A stretch of DNA of 60,099 bases, filler included, from Catajapyx aquilonaris (Eukaryota): NCBI GenBank assembly GCA_000934665.2. It is 4 parts of 4 records of this genome, joined end to end, with 100 filler letters (N's around TTAATTAATTAA, not from the genome) between each part and the next. Parts side by side here need not be neighbours in the genome. Positions count along the whole stretch, not along the records: positions 1 to 14,948 come from JYFJ02007645.1; positions 15,049 to 30,001 come from JYFJ02007646.1; 2 more parts are not named here. One strand, given 5' to 3'. Position numbers and translations under genes: made by a program. The notes below the pieces were generated by a model, which was not told the origin of the DNA, did no database searches, and saw only the letters and a program-made list of their open reading frames with translations. Positions 14,180 to 25,113 of the stretch are shown piece by piece (within the stretch, counting starts at the first letter, position 1; each line of letters starts with the position of its first letter).

Positions 14180-14627
14180 GCTAGACAATGGTACCTGGGT
14201 GGGGTTGATACCTGAATTGTTGCCAGGACGAGTGGATGTGATAGGTGTCTTGCCTTACACGAAGGACACGTACAGACACACTCTCCTGACTCATCCCTTC
14301 CTTTACGCACATGGTACATTCCTGAGCAGAAGACCTGAAGGAGTGGTCAGCTGGAGGGTGATCTACAGGCCCTACGTCCTCCCCTTCTGGGTGACCTTGG
14401 GGGTCACCCTCGCCCTCCTCCCCATCGCGATGGGCAGCCTCTCCCGCTGCGACCCATCTCGAGGGAGGTCAGAGGTCGAAGGGCAGCGACTGACCCTGCT
14501 GGGATCCCTCCACGTCCTGGCCAGACACCTGGTAGAACAGCCCGTTCCCTTCCCCACATCCCGCCGCTTTCTCTTCCTGGCCTCCTCCTTCCTCTTCTTC
14601 TCCACCGTGGTCATTACTGGCTACAAG
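14180..14627 (+). pseudogene. Partial IR paralog (S1 to M3), either an exon or a truncated copy
   Basis: Collinear without indels with 4494-4941 (448 nt). Preceded by acceptor-like TTTTCTTCACAG and followed by GTTGAT. Homology stops sharply at both ends. Confidence 0.85.
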
Positions 14628-14686
14628 GTTGATTGATTGATTAATGGTTTAATGGCGCAACAGCAGCAATGGCTATACTGCGCCAA
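14628..14686 (-). mobile_element. 3' tail of a non-LTR retroelement (I/Nimb-like) abutting the IR fragment
   Basis: Minus strand reads GGCGCAGTATAGCCATTGCTGCTGTTGCGCCATTAAACCATTAATCAATCAATCAAC: a GGCGC..GCGCC stem, ATTAAA and a (TCAA)n microsatellite tail. Confidence 0.55.
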
Positions 14687-14948
14687 GCACCTGTGACGTT
14701 GTAGGGCAGGGCAGGCAATGCCACCCCAACCCCAACGTTAACTGAACAAAATGTGTTTTTTTATTATTATTTATTATTTATTATTTTTAAAAAATGAGAT
14801 AATTAATCAATTAATTAATTATCATATTACTTGAGCATTCATTACAGTAGTGACTATAAAATTTCAATAGAGTGTAACAAGTGAAACAAAACGTTACGAG
14901 TATATATTTTTAAAATGCAACGGTTATAGATCTCTATACATGTTGGTT

Positions 14949-15048
14949 NNNNNNNNNNNNNNNNNNNNNNNNNNNNNNNNNNNNNNNNNNNNTTAATTAA
15001 TTAANNNNNNNNNNNNNNNNNNNNNNNNNNNNNNNNNNNNNNNNNNNN
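14949..15048. other. Artificial contig linker (N44-TTAATTAATTAA-N44)
   Basis: Six-frame stop linker inside N runs, identical to those at 30002 and 45051. Confidence 0.98.
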
Positions 15049-15144
15049 ATGGTTCCTTATTGGTTTAAACACATTACTTACTTACTTACTTTACTCCTAT
15101 GGAAAAGTATTTCATAACCCGAGCAACGCCGGGTATCCTGCTAG
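15049..15144 (+). mobile_element. Helitron 3' terminus
   Basis: (TTAC)n tract, then hairpin ACCCG-AGCAACGC-CGGGT (15117-15134) followed by terminal CTAG (15141-15144) and T. Confidence 0.75.
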
Positions 15145-15162
15145 TTATTTTATAATTACAAA

Positions 15163-15389
15163 CGTCCATGGAGTTGGCCTCTGACCACATCAGACGGCCG
15201 GTTGCAAATTTGTTTCGGAAATATGTCTTCCAAGCCTGTACTTTGAGGGATAAGGCCGGAGGCCAGCGGAGGCCAGCGGAGCCGCCATGTTTTTTTTCGG
15301 GCATGAGATCGTGGCGACACCATGCCCGCGACGTCGCTCGGGCACGGGGTCGTGGTCGCAGTCGCAATCGCGGATATGTGAATGCACCT
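15163..15389. mobile_element. PIF/Harbinger-like MITE end (same family as 52582-53140)
   Basis: Ends ...ATATGTGAATGCACCT followed by TAA. Reverse-complement similar to 52582-52950, which starts AGGTGCATTCACATAT after TGA. Confidence 0.6.
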
Positions 15390-15784
15390 TAATGAAGTGT
15401 GCAGTCAAATAACCAGCACGAAGTGATATGGATCCACCGCCTATTGTGAACTGCATCATTTATCCAGCAACACATGGGTGAGTGCAAAAGCATATGTAAA
15501 AGTGTGACACATTTGTGAGTGTAACAACACATGAGATTGTGAAAGTGAAAACACATGCTTTTTTTTTGTCATCTCTGAAGTCCATGTGTTGGACCAAGTT
15601 CAGTCAGTTTGAGAATTTAATTTTGTATTTTTGGGGGCCCACTGGGAAACGCTGTCAGTGAACTATACCGGGCTTTTCCATGTGTGTGTTTTTTGTTTGT
15701 GAACATCCTCATATCTGCAAGGACACTTTCTGTTAACATTGATTTTTGTTTGGCCTATCCGGCGCAAATCTTCGTCCGGAGGTA

Positions 15785-15980
15785 TGTGACCGTTTTGACT
15801 TTCCGGTCAATGCGGTACCTGTTTGCAACCTTGCCCTTTTTCTATTTTGTGTGACGTTTCCCATCATGCCTTGCGATGTATCACTACCTATTTAAACCCC
15901 CGATCTGTTATTCTCGGGACCAGTCCAAGCTGGGAGAATATCCTAGCTGGTCCAACCACCAGAACACACCCTAGAGCCAA
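15785..15980 (+). mobile_element. LTR-like remnant related to solo LTR 30738-31127
   Basis: Starts TGTGACCG like the 30738 LTR, has TATA-like TATTTAAA (~15889) and shares the motif CCAGT..GGAGAATATCC..TGGTC. No clean 3' end. Confidence 0.45.
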
Positions 15981-16219
15981 ACAAGAGGAAATGATAAAAT
16001 AAGAAAGATAGTTTGGCGTGTGTGAACAAAGACAGAATAGAATGTCTTTGTGAGGGACTGACCAACTATATTTAGGGATGGAGCGAGACCCCAATGTACA
16101 AGGGTACATCCTGGTTGCGGCTTAAGCTGTCGCCCGGATTGTCTGGAAACCCGGACTTGGATTGACCACACATTCCTCTATCCCCACTCCTTACCCGAGC
16201 TACCGGCATTCAGGCAAAA

Positions 16220-17794
16220 ATGACTGAGGCTCGCGGTTCAGGGAAAACCGACCCTGCCAACACAAAGGCTCGTCGTGGGCCGAATTTTACGGCCGACGAG
16301 ACGGACGTGCTCGTGGCCGGGTATGAGAAGAGGAGTGCCCTCTTAATTGGCCGGCACGATGGTGGAAAGGTGACGGAGATAAAGAAGAGGGCAGCCTGGG
16401 AGGACTTGACGGAGGAGGTGAACGCCGTCAGCCCATATGGTCGCGACCTGGCGGAGGTAAAAAGGAAGGTGAAGGACGTAAAGGCCTCCACAAAGTCGAA
16501 AGGTACAGTATCAATTTGGTATGAATATTGCGGAAATATTTTCATATTTGTGACTTATGCTGCTTTTAATTTCCACAGTGATGACCCAGAAGAAGGCCAT
16601 GAGGGCCACAGGGGGTGGTCCATCGGACACGCCATCTCTAACTGCCACTGAGCAGTTGATGGCATCAACCCTCCTTGAGGCCTCGCTCAGTGGAATCCCC
16701 GGGGCAGAGGCTGAGCAGGCAATTGTGGTGGTGATAGGTGAGTTTTATTTTTTTCATTATTGAAGGCATTATGCAGGGTGTTCCGATTCAAGGTATACAG
16801 TAATAAATGACGACCTGGGGGGGGGGGATCACAGTTCACCACTGACATCATCCAATATTAAATTATTTCACAGGCCCATAAAAGGTTCTCATGTAAATCC
16901 CACCTTCGGGGCCTACAACACACCTCAGCGGAACACCATGTATTGTAATATTATATACAGAAGTTGTCCTACGGTGTGCCTCATCATTTGCCCTAATATT
17001 ATTATGCAATCATTGTTTGCCCTCCTACCTTCATGTAATGTTATGAGATGTTATATTACGTCAATGTAAAATTTTACTATTTTTGGTGATGCACGGATAA
17101 TAGGGGGTACAGTGTACTTATATTACGTCAATGTAAAATTTTACTATTTTTGGTGATGCACGGATAATAGGGGGTACATATTAAAATTCAAATTATCATA
17201 AGCCTAAACTTATTTTCCTAGACGAAGATGAGCTAGCCGAGGAGCCATTGCCAGCAGAGGGTCCATATACATTGGCAGCAACACCTACATCTCCCCCCAC
17301 AACAACAGATGACCAACCTCCCCCTGTCAGGAAGCGAGCAAGGTACGTGCAAGATATGAGATGTTCTGGTATTGCCAAGAGGTTTTTCTAATATAAAAAG
17401 TGCAGTAGTGTCTTATACCTGGTCACAATGAAAAGGGATTGAACCCAAAAATGCCCCTCCAGTAAATGCTAATATAATTAGGATATGCATCCTGTAATCC
17501 ATCAAGTGGAGGTAGCCATCATAAGCGGTTTAAACAAGACCTACCTGTGATATTAACACCTGTCCATATGGAATACTCTGTGGGATTTTTGTTTGAACAG
17601 GTGCAATTACTGATGCCATGTGTTTTTACAGGACAGCAAATGACTCTGATGGGGACAGCATCCGTGAGAGGATGCTGGCCCTCAGAGAAGAGGAGATCAG
17701 GCTCCTAAGGGAACAGCTTAAAACGCAGCAAGAACTAACGGAGGCGACCAAGAAAATTCTAGCCCTAAAAGAGGCAAAGGCTAGGGCTAGCTAG
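16220..17794 (+). CDS. Myb/SANT-like DNA-binding protein (Harbinger ORF1 / MSANTD-NAIF1 type), 4 exons: 16220-16502, 16579-16737, 17222-17342, 17632-17794; 241 aa
   Basis: RRGPNFTADETDVLV..KKRAAWEDLTEEVNAVSPYGRDLAEVKRKVKDVK followed by ATGGGP. All GT/AG junctions are phase-compatible (726 nt total). C-terminal coiled coil, TAG at 17792, AATAAA at 17815. Confidence 0.85.
17052..17178. repeat. ~60-bp tandem duplication in intron 2
   Basis: TATATTACGTCAATGTAAAATTTTACTATTTTTGGTGATGCACGGATAATAGGGGGTACA occurs twice. Its end resembles the TIR of the MITE at 40257. Confidence 0.8.
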
Positions 17795-18324
17795 GTAATG
17801 TATGTGTAATGTACAATAAATCTGTGTTTAAGCCAATCGGATTTTTTTTTTTTTTTGAGATACAGCTTGGAGCGGACCGTCTCAAACTCCATGTTAGTAT
17901 GGGTATTACTTTTCAGTACAAGGTAAGCCACATATTATGTCAGCTGAAAAGTTAAAGCAATCATATAGGAACATAAATGTTAACTAGTATTAGAGGTTAC
18001 ACTGATTAGTCTTCTTGATGCTCTAATAATTTCATATGGGCTTCTTCCAAACGACCCAAAATGTGATGCAAAAAGCAATTTGACATATTTTTTACTGTTG
18101 CCCTTTATATGACTCCCCCAGACCTGACATATCTGACAGCTTGAACACTGTACCTATTGGTCGGTGTACTTTCTTTTTCTTGACCCTTACCAGTTTTTGT
18201 CTCCCACGTATACAACTTCGTTGACAATGTCATAAGGCGTAATGCCCTAATGGTCTGACATATGTACGTTGCCCAGAGCGTCCTCCCCCACAAGTCCGAA
18301 AGGACCCTCCGGGGTAAATAAATA

Positions 18325-18615
18325 AAAGACTTGGAAGACCGAAGCAGAGAACAGAACCTAATCTTTTATGACATCTCAATCCCTCCCAATTTGAACTCTG
18401 AGGATTACCCCAATTTGGTGACGAAGTTCCTAAAAAACAAACTACAGTTCAAAAATATTGTAATCGATAGAGCCCACCCATTATAGGTAGAGGTGTTTCC
18501 CCACCGGTTATAGCCAAGTTTCCGTATACATCTGACAGAAACCTAATATTTCGTAACACCCATAAGCTGAGAAATACTACGTTCTCGGTTTCACAGGACT
18601 ATTCCATTGAAACGA
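18325..18615 (+). pseudogene. LINE ORF1 (L1/CR1-type RRM) fragment
   Basis: KDLEDRSREQNLIFYDI..IVIDRAHP / IGRGVSPPVIAKFPYTSDRNLIFRNTHKLRNTTFSVSQDYS, with one frameshift. Confidence 0.75.
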
Positions 18616-18830
18616 GTTACAATAAACACCCTGTATATTATTGGGATTGTTTTTCAGCTCTCTTGGGAGTCGCTCATTGAGCATCAAATACCGGAATGAC
18701 AGGCAGCGGCACATAAATTTGAAAGCAGCCACAGACAAGGCGAGACAGCTAAAGAGGAAGGGACAGACCATGACAGCGGCCATCACTAAGAAGACAGTCC
18801 CCGTACACAACCTTCATCACGCCATTCGGG

Positions 18831-19495
18831 AGGTTTTGTTTCCGAAGACTTCCTTTCGGCATAGCTTCAGCCCCTGAGGTTTTCTCGACTGCCTTGCAGA
18901 AGATCCTGCCTGGATTGGAAGGCGTTCGCGGTCATATGGATGACATCCTCATCATGGGAGCTAACCAGAGGGAGCACGACGTGCGTCTTCGAGAGGTGCT
19001 GCAGAGACTTTCACATGAGGGGATGACCCTCAATGAGAAATGCCAGTTCTGGGTGGATAAAGTGCAGTTTTTGGGCCACGTTATCAATCAGTCAGAGGTC
19101 AGACCAGACCCAGACAAAGTGGTGGCTATATCTATAATGGAAAGGCCACGTGATGTTCCAGGCGTTCGGAAATTCATTGGGATGATAAAGCACGTCGGTA
19201 AGTTCATTCCCAACTTGGCGGAGATTATAAAACCGCTGAGAGATCTCCGTCGTTCTGACTATGCATGGTAATGTGAGCCTGCGCAGGAAGCAGCGTTCAA
19301 GAAGGCGATATCAGCTCTACAAGTGGACGTGGAACCGGCACTGTATGACCCCAAGAAGGAAACACTAGTATCAGCAGATGTATCATCCTTCGAGTTAGGT
19401 GGGGTCATTCTACAGAGGGAAGGGGAGAAGACCCGTCCAGCTGCTTATGCGTCCCGAAGTCTGACAGATACTGAGGGACAATACGCTCAAATAAT
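18831..19495 (+). pseudogene. Ty3/Gypsy pol fragment (RT to RNase H start)
   Basis: RFCFRRLPFGIASAPEVF..GHMDDILIMG..EKCQF..VQFLGH..PDPDKV, then LYDPKKETLVSADVSSFELGGVILQ..PAAYASRSLTDTEGQYAQI. Internal stop at 19269. Confidence 0.9.
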
Positions 19496-19945
19496 TGAGA
19501 GGGGGGGTTGTACACTACCTCATTTGTTGAATGTTCAATTACTTGGCTCTCCAGTCCTTCTATATAAAATGGACTTCTTTCTAGAATAGAATGGTCATGA
19601 GGGATAGAACGAAGTTTGAAGGTTGCATTAGTCCCCTTACGGGACCCATTTGTTACAAACATTTCCCTCCTGCACAGTAAATGTTTCAGAAAACATCTGA
19701 CTTGACTCTCAGAAAGTAAATGTCAATAAGGCTAGAGGAATGTCTGAATCACAATACTCTGCATGTTATTTAGCATGATTGCAAGTTTTTCAGGGCCTAT
19801 CCCTAAATGGCTGCCAAATTGTCACTAGATTTTTTGAAATCTTATCAACATACCCATGGTTTTTAAGTCATACAGTCATTATTATAGCCACATAATTATC
19901 ATTAGTGGGCCTAAATATTGACTTCTTTCTCTTAATTCTCAGAGG

Positions 19946-20826
19946 TTTCTAGTGGCCACCAATCAGGCACTCCTGAACAGCAGAAATCCTTAAGAAGGCA
20001 AGCATGGCCCAAATCCTTCAGGATTCCAGAGGAGAACTTCTCCTCAGTGCTAAAAGAAGAGGCCAAAACCGGGAAGCTGCAGTACCAGAGGAAGGTGGAA
20101 CTACTTGGCCACCTCATCACAGAAATGGAGAAATACACTGAAAAACCAAGTGCACAGCAGAGGGCAGATGTTGCTAGGGCTTTGGTGCAGAAGTATGAGG
20201 CACTGAAAAGCAGCATTGGAAAATATGGGTATGAGGGGTGGGCGGAGAAGATCAGAGAAAAATGGAAGGAAGCCCAGAGGAAAAAGGCGCAGAGCAGTGG
20301 AATGAAACGGCCGGCCACTAACCATCCTGGCGCCAATCGGCGCAAGGCTAGGAGGGAGGTCAAAATCAACTCGGCACTGACCAGGCCTGATGGTGAAGAT
20401 GATGCAACCATACAGGAATCTTTCCTTATAATGGGCATACATTTGAACTAAACATTTCGTCGCATTACAGGAAATAGTAAGTCTATTATACAAGTAGGCC
20501 TTAGGAGAAAGAACCTCCCCAAAGGAATGGAGGACATAATGTCGGCGCATAGGCAGCGACCGTCAATGAATGCCAGTGATGACCTCATCACGGCATTATG
20601 TCTGGTTCTTCTGTTGCTGAACGAAGATGCTGCCTCTATCTGCAGGGAATATTCGGTGGAGGCTGACCTGGAAGAAATCCTCATGAAAGGGCCAACAACC
20701 CTCCATGTTGCCCTTCTGGGAACAGTGTATGAGAATACACCTGTAATTGAAATTAGTGAGGGACAAATCCTTGTTGAGGCCAGTACCTTTGTGGAGGGAA
20801 TAATTGCGGCATTTGGCCTCTATTAG
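19946..20826 (+). pseudogene. SAMD3-like accessory protein fragments (CACTA/EnSpm-associated family)
   Basis: WPKSFRIP..YTEKPSAQQRADVARALVQKYEALKS..GYEGWAEKIREKWK..PDGEDDATIQE and C-terminal LCLVLLLLNED..EGQILVE..FVEGIIAAFGLY. Split by a deletion or frameshift. Confidence 0.6.
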
Positions 20827-20829
20827 GCC

Positions 20830-22316
20830 TACGCAGAGGAAGATTTGGTTCAAGCAGTGAAGGCGGTCCAGGTTGGCAAGATGTCAATTTATAAGGCTGC
20901 CAAGGAGCACGGTGTACCATGGAGCACCTTGAAAGCCACACTTCAAAGAGGTCGACAGCTCCATCGTCACCATGGCGAAAATGGGGTGCCCCTTTTCGCT
21001 TGCGAATTTGGAGGAGAAGCTGGCAACGTATATTGTCAGGATGCAAGAAATGGGGTTCGGGTTGACAGTGACTCGCATTCGAAAGATTGCGTATGACTTT
21101 GATGCAAAGGCAGAAGTGAAGCACAAGTTTTCAACGTAGAAGAAGATGGCTGGGTGGAACTGGTGGGTGAACTTTAAAGGGGAGCTTCAACTTGGGCCTC
21201 CAGCCAGAAGCGCTCTCCTATGCTCGCGCCAACGCCGCCAACCGGGCAACTCTGGATGCCTTTGACGACAAGCTGGACCAAGTGACGAAGAAGCATGGAA
21301 TTGAAGGCAAGGTGGTGGAATTGCGATGAAACTGGAATGCCGTTTGTTGTGAAAGGTGCAAAGGTTGTCACCCTGGTGGGAAAGAAGTACATTTACAACA
21401 GAACTTTTGGGGAGCGAGGAACCACGACTGCAGTGTTGGGATGTGTAAATGCAGTTGGTTGTTTCATTCCGCCAATGGCGATTTTTCAAGGCAAGAGGAG
21501 GGTCGACGGGCTGGAAGATGGCGTATTTCCGGGAACTTTGGTGTGTCTGTCAGAAAGTGGGTGGATAAATAAGGAACTGTTTGTAGAATGGCTGCGCTAT
21601 TTCAACAATTCCATCCCACCCAGTCGGCCTGTCCTCCTGCTTACGGATTCTCTTGGAAGCCACCTGCTACCGTATAATGTTGCACCACACACACGTAGGA
21701 TGCAGAGTTCACACACACATGATGCAGAGATCAAGGACTACAGTTCAAGAGATGACCCGACTTATATCTCTATCCGGGTCCCACTTTCTTGTATCTATCT
21801 AATCTTGCAATACCCGAGACTATATAGCACGGCCACACAGCCTGCTACGGGGTCACTCCCTCCCCCTTGTCCTGAGCGACGCCCAGCAAGTAATTCTGTA
21901 TCCGTGTACCCCACACATAAAAGTTAAATATATTCGGCTGATAACTCAGCGGCTTCCACGAGCAGTGTCAGGGTGTGACTAATTATGACGACGACGTATA
22001 CATGTGTTCAAAGTGTTGTGCTAATTGATAAAAATGTTCATGTTCAGTTTGGAATTTCATTTGCCTTGCTTTTGCCTGTGAGAGAAGACTATCACGGAAT
22101 TAGAGATAATTATAGTATCACGGAATTAGGTGAGTACTCCTATTTATAGAAAAATCAATAACTTAATATTTGAGTAAACTATGGGATTGTCACCACTGTT
22201 GACATGTGCCACAAGGTGCCTAATATGTGAGAAAAAAGTTCAAAAAGTTATAGAGGTATGTTTTAGAGTTACACGAGAATTTCCTTAGTATCACGGAATT
22301 AGGGGAGTTTGCCCTA
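20830..22316 (+). mobile_element. Decayed pogo/Tigger-family transposon (HTH-psq, CENP-B HTH, DDE_1) with right TIR
   Basis: YAEEDLVQAVKAVQVGKMSIYKAAKEHGVPWSTL; EEKLATYIVRMQEMGFGLT..AGWNWW; WNCDETG..GCVNAVGCFIPPMAIFQGKR..SESGWINKELFVEWL..PVLLLTDSLGSH. Subterminal TATCACGGAATTAG three times; end GGAATTAGGGGAGTTTGCCCTA. Confidence 0.9.
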
Positions 22317-22669
22317 CATTTTTGATCTGGAATACCATCGACAGGTGCATTGCACATACAGGTTTTTTCAGTACTACATTTTAACATTGAGGGATTCTGC
22401 GAAAGTACCTAAGAAACTGATTAATTTTTGTGACAAATTAATTGCATTGTGAAATACAGGTTTTGTGTTGAATGTGGTGAATTTCTATCACCCAGTGTAT
22501 TTTCTTTAATTCATACACTCTCCATTTTAGCTTCTGGTGACAGTGTGAAAGGTAAACTTTCATCAGTATGGAGTGGAAAAGGTTATGCATTTAGAGTTTT
22601 CAATATTAATAGGTTTTGGTAAGTATTCAATCCCCAAATGACTTACGAACATTGTTCATGCCCTTACCT

Positions 22670-22937
22670 TGAGAAGTGTAACATTGGCACTAAGCAAATT
22701 AAAGGGTTCTCATTTGACGGAGCTGTCAACATGAGCGGCCAATATAAGGTGCTCCAAGCCCAGCTTCGAAAGGAAAATGATTCTCTGATATACGTGCATT
22801 GTTGCGCTCATGCTCTCAATTTGGTGTTAACAGAATGCACAGAAAGTTGGAGGGAAGCCAGGGATTTTCCTGGTCTCTTGCAGAGCACAGCTGTTTTCAT
22901 CTCCGAATCGCATAAATGCATGCTGGTTTTGGACTAA
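22670..22937 (+). pseudogene. hAT transposase fragment (ZMYM1-like)
   Basis: GFSFDGAVNMSGQYK..IYVHCCAHALNLVL: the DG..NM and CxxH hAT motifs. Confidence 0.85.
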
Positions 22938-23192
22938 AGTTAATGAGGAGTCCGAAGGTCATGAACTATTGTCATCCTTGCTGAGTAAGCCGGAATCTTT
23001 AGTAACATTGAGTTAGTCTTGCGAAACCTTTGATGTAACATGTTAAAACTATTTTCTTGTGCGTGGCAAAGCTGCCTTTCAATTTTACCGTATCATAATT
23101 AAATAGGAAATGCGTCATCTGATGTAGAGCAACATATGACGCATTTCAGCACATAAAAAACTAACCGTATCCAATCGAGTCGAGATCGGTAG

Positions 23193-23579
23193 TGTCAGGT
23201 CTCCCAATGTACGTCAATCGACATCGGTGTGCGTCATTGGACACCGTCATAAAGTAGTTAACACGTGGAAGTTAAGTATAAAAGACAAAGTTTGGGCAGT
23301 CTTGAGAGCAGAGATCTCCAGGGCACAGCACTGCAGTTACTCAGCACTCGACGACATTCTCCCTCTACGGACATCAGAATACAGTAAGTGGTTCACCTTT
23401 CATTCACAGTGTAATTGGATGGGAGTTGTAATCCTTTTTGAGCCAATGTGTTAAAGAAACTTCTTTCAATAAATACAGTTTGTTTCTCTTACTGGTGCAC
23501 AAGTTCTATTTTCTCACTTTGCTCCACAGAAAACTATAAGTCGACTGTTCCTACCTCTAAATAAATAATGTCGATGACA
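23193..23579 (+). mobile_element. 5' LTR of a Gypsy-like element
   Basis: TGTCA...TGACA termini, AATAAA signals, directly followed by a PBS and gag. Confidence 0.8.
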
Positions 23580-23580
23580 G

Positions 23581-23598
23581 TGGCGCAGCCGGTAGGAT
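23581..23598 (+). promoter_or_regulatory. Primer-binding site complementary to tRNA-Ser 3' end
   Basis: TGGCGCAGCCGGTAGGAT begins 1 nt after the LTR end and resembles the tRNA-Ser PBS of insect Gypsy elements. Confidence 0.8.
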
Positions 23599-23812
23599 AA
23601 TTGCAATTACCTTTTGTAATTAACTTTAATTTTCGATTTTTGAAAATCGCGATTAAAATTTTTTCTTGTTTTCTGTGGGCTATTTCTGGGTGAGAAAAGT
23701 GCATAATTTGATATTGTTAATCTCAACTGTGTGTCTGCTCTGCTCTCGTGATTAACTTTATTTTATGTCCGCAACTGATGGGGAGTGCGTTTTAAGTCAT
23801 ACATAGTCGATT

Positions 23813-24961
23813 TTGGGGCAATACAAGGAACAAGTCGCAGTTTTGACCTCCTTACTCGAGCGTGAAACTTTGTTGTCGTCACAACTCATTGCTACGATGC
23901 CAAACACCGTCGAAACAAAGCCACCGGGCACCAGTACGGCAACTGAAACGGCCGAACGAGTGATTAAATTCAATAGCGGCTTGCTTATGACCATACCATA
24001 TTTTGAGGGGCGTGCCTCAGAATCACCACTACAGTTAATCCACCACGTCGAAGTGGCAGGTCAAATGTCCCAGTGGACAGACAATGAGAAAATTAACTGT
24101 TTAATTTTAAAGTTGCGTAACCCAGCTTCAACAGAAGTCATGTTCTCACCGGAGTTCAAAAATGTGACGGAATGGGAGAAATTCAAACGAATTTTCCTAG
24201 AGCGGTTTAGTCAGACTAGCAGTTACGTGGAACTCATAAGCGAGATTCCAAACATGTTCCAGGAACAGAAAGAGTCCGTACAGGACTTCGTAACACGCAT
24301 CAGGAAAATAGAATACGAAATCATGGCTGTTTCCGATGCACCTCCCGACCAAAGCACTGTCAACCATTTACTATTGTCACAGTTCATCACAGGCATAAAA
24401 AGAAACTTGTCGGTTCTTAAGCCTAAGTCGCTTGATGCAGCATTAAAGTGGGCCCTGGAAGAGGAGCGACGAGAGAATGGGAATTACTATAGGTCCAAAC
24501 GTACGAAACACGGAGTGTTTGCTACCGCAGAGAAAGAGCCAGAAGACTATGTAATAACGGAATTGACGGCCAAAGTAGCGGCTCTTACCCAACAAGTGTC
24601 CCAATATCAGCGAGATATAAAAAGAAATTCGCAACAATCAAATCATACGGTTCCACCTATTTTTAACAACCCGAAACACACTGTCGTAAGTGCTCCGAGA
24701 TTCCCCCAACGAGATAGGTTGCGGTGTTTTCATTGCAATAGCGAAAAACAATTGATTAGGGATTGTCCCACGAAGGGAGTGCCACCGAGCCTCTGCCCGC
24801 GATGCTCCGGACAACACTGGCTGAGTGATTGCCAGTCTAGTTTTTCAGGAAAATGCACACACACAAATAGTATTGAGAATAGCCTATATGGCAGCAAAGT
24901 GCAAGTTGTCTCTTTGCCTCTCAGACCGCTTTCGTTGGAGGTCACATGTCCAAGAAAGTAA
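23813..24961 (+). CDS. gag: Retrotransposon Gag with two zinc knuckles
   Basis: IPYFEG..WTDNEKINCLILKL..WEKFKRIFLERF..QEQKESVQDFVTRI..QFITGI. Knuckles CFHCNSEKQLIRDC (H>Q) and CPRCSGQHWLSDC. The N-terminus is probably frameshifted from ATG 23765. Confidence 0.88.
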   Translation: MGQYKEQVAVLTSLLERETLLSSQLIATMPNTVETKPPGTSTATETAERVIKFNSGLLMTIPYFEGRASESPLQLIHHVEVAGQMSQWTDNEKINCLILKLRNPASTEVMFSPEFKNVTEWEKFKRIFLERFSQTSSYVELISEIPNMFQEQKESVQDFVTRIRKIEYEIMAVSDAPPDQSTVNHLLLSQFITGIKRNLSVLKPKSLDAALKWALEEERRENGNYYRSKRTKHGVFATAEKEPEDYVITELTAKVAALTQQVSQYQRDIKRNSQQSNHTVPPIFNNPKHTVVSAPRFPQRDRLRCFHCNSEKQLIRDCPTKGVPPSLCPRCSGQHWLSDCQSSFSGKCTHTNSIENSLYGSKVQVVSLPLRPLSLEVTCPRK

Positions 24962-25113
24962 GACGGTATGTCCGGTGTAATCCACCAAATGCCGACGATG
25001 CAGACGAGAGGTGGTGTAGGAACAGTTCCACACATCTTCCCAGGGTTACTGATACAAATTCTTCAACGGATGGTGGTTTCCAAGGTGCAGGGTCAGCGCA
25101 TTGAGGATGCTCT

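Noticed and set aside
14993..15004. TTAATTAATTAA palindrome recurring every ~15 kb
   Set aside because: Embedded in N runs; a synthetic six-frame-stop linker, not biology.
21661..21990. C-terminal extension of the pogo ORF 21295-21927
   Set aside because: DDE similarity stops after DSLGSH. The rest reads into an unrelated, possibly LTR-like insertion without clear TSD.
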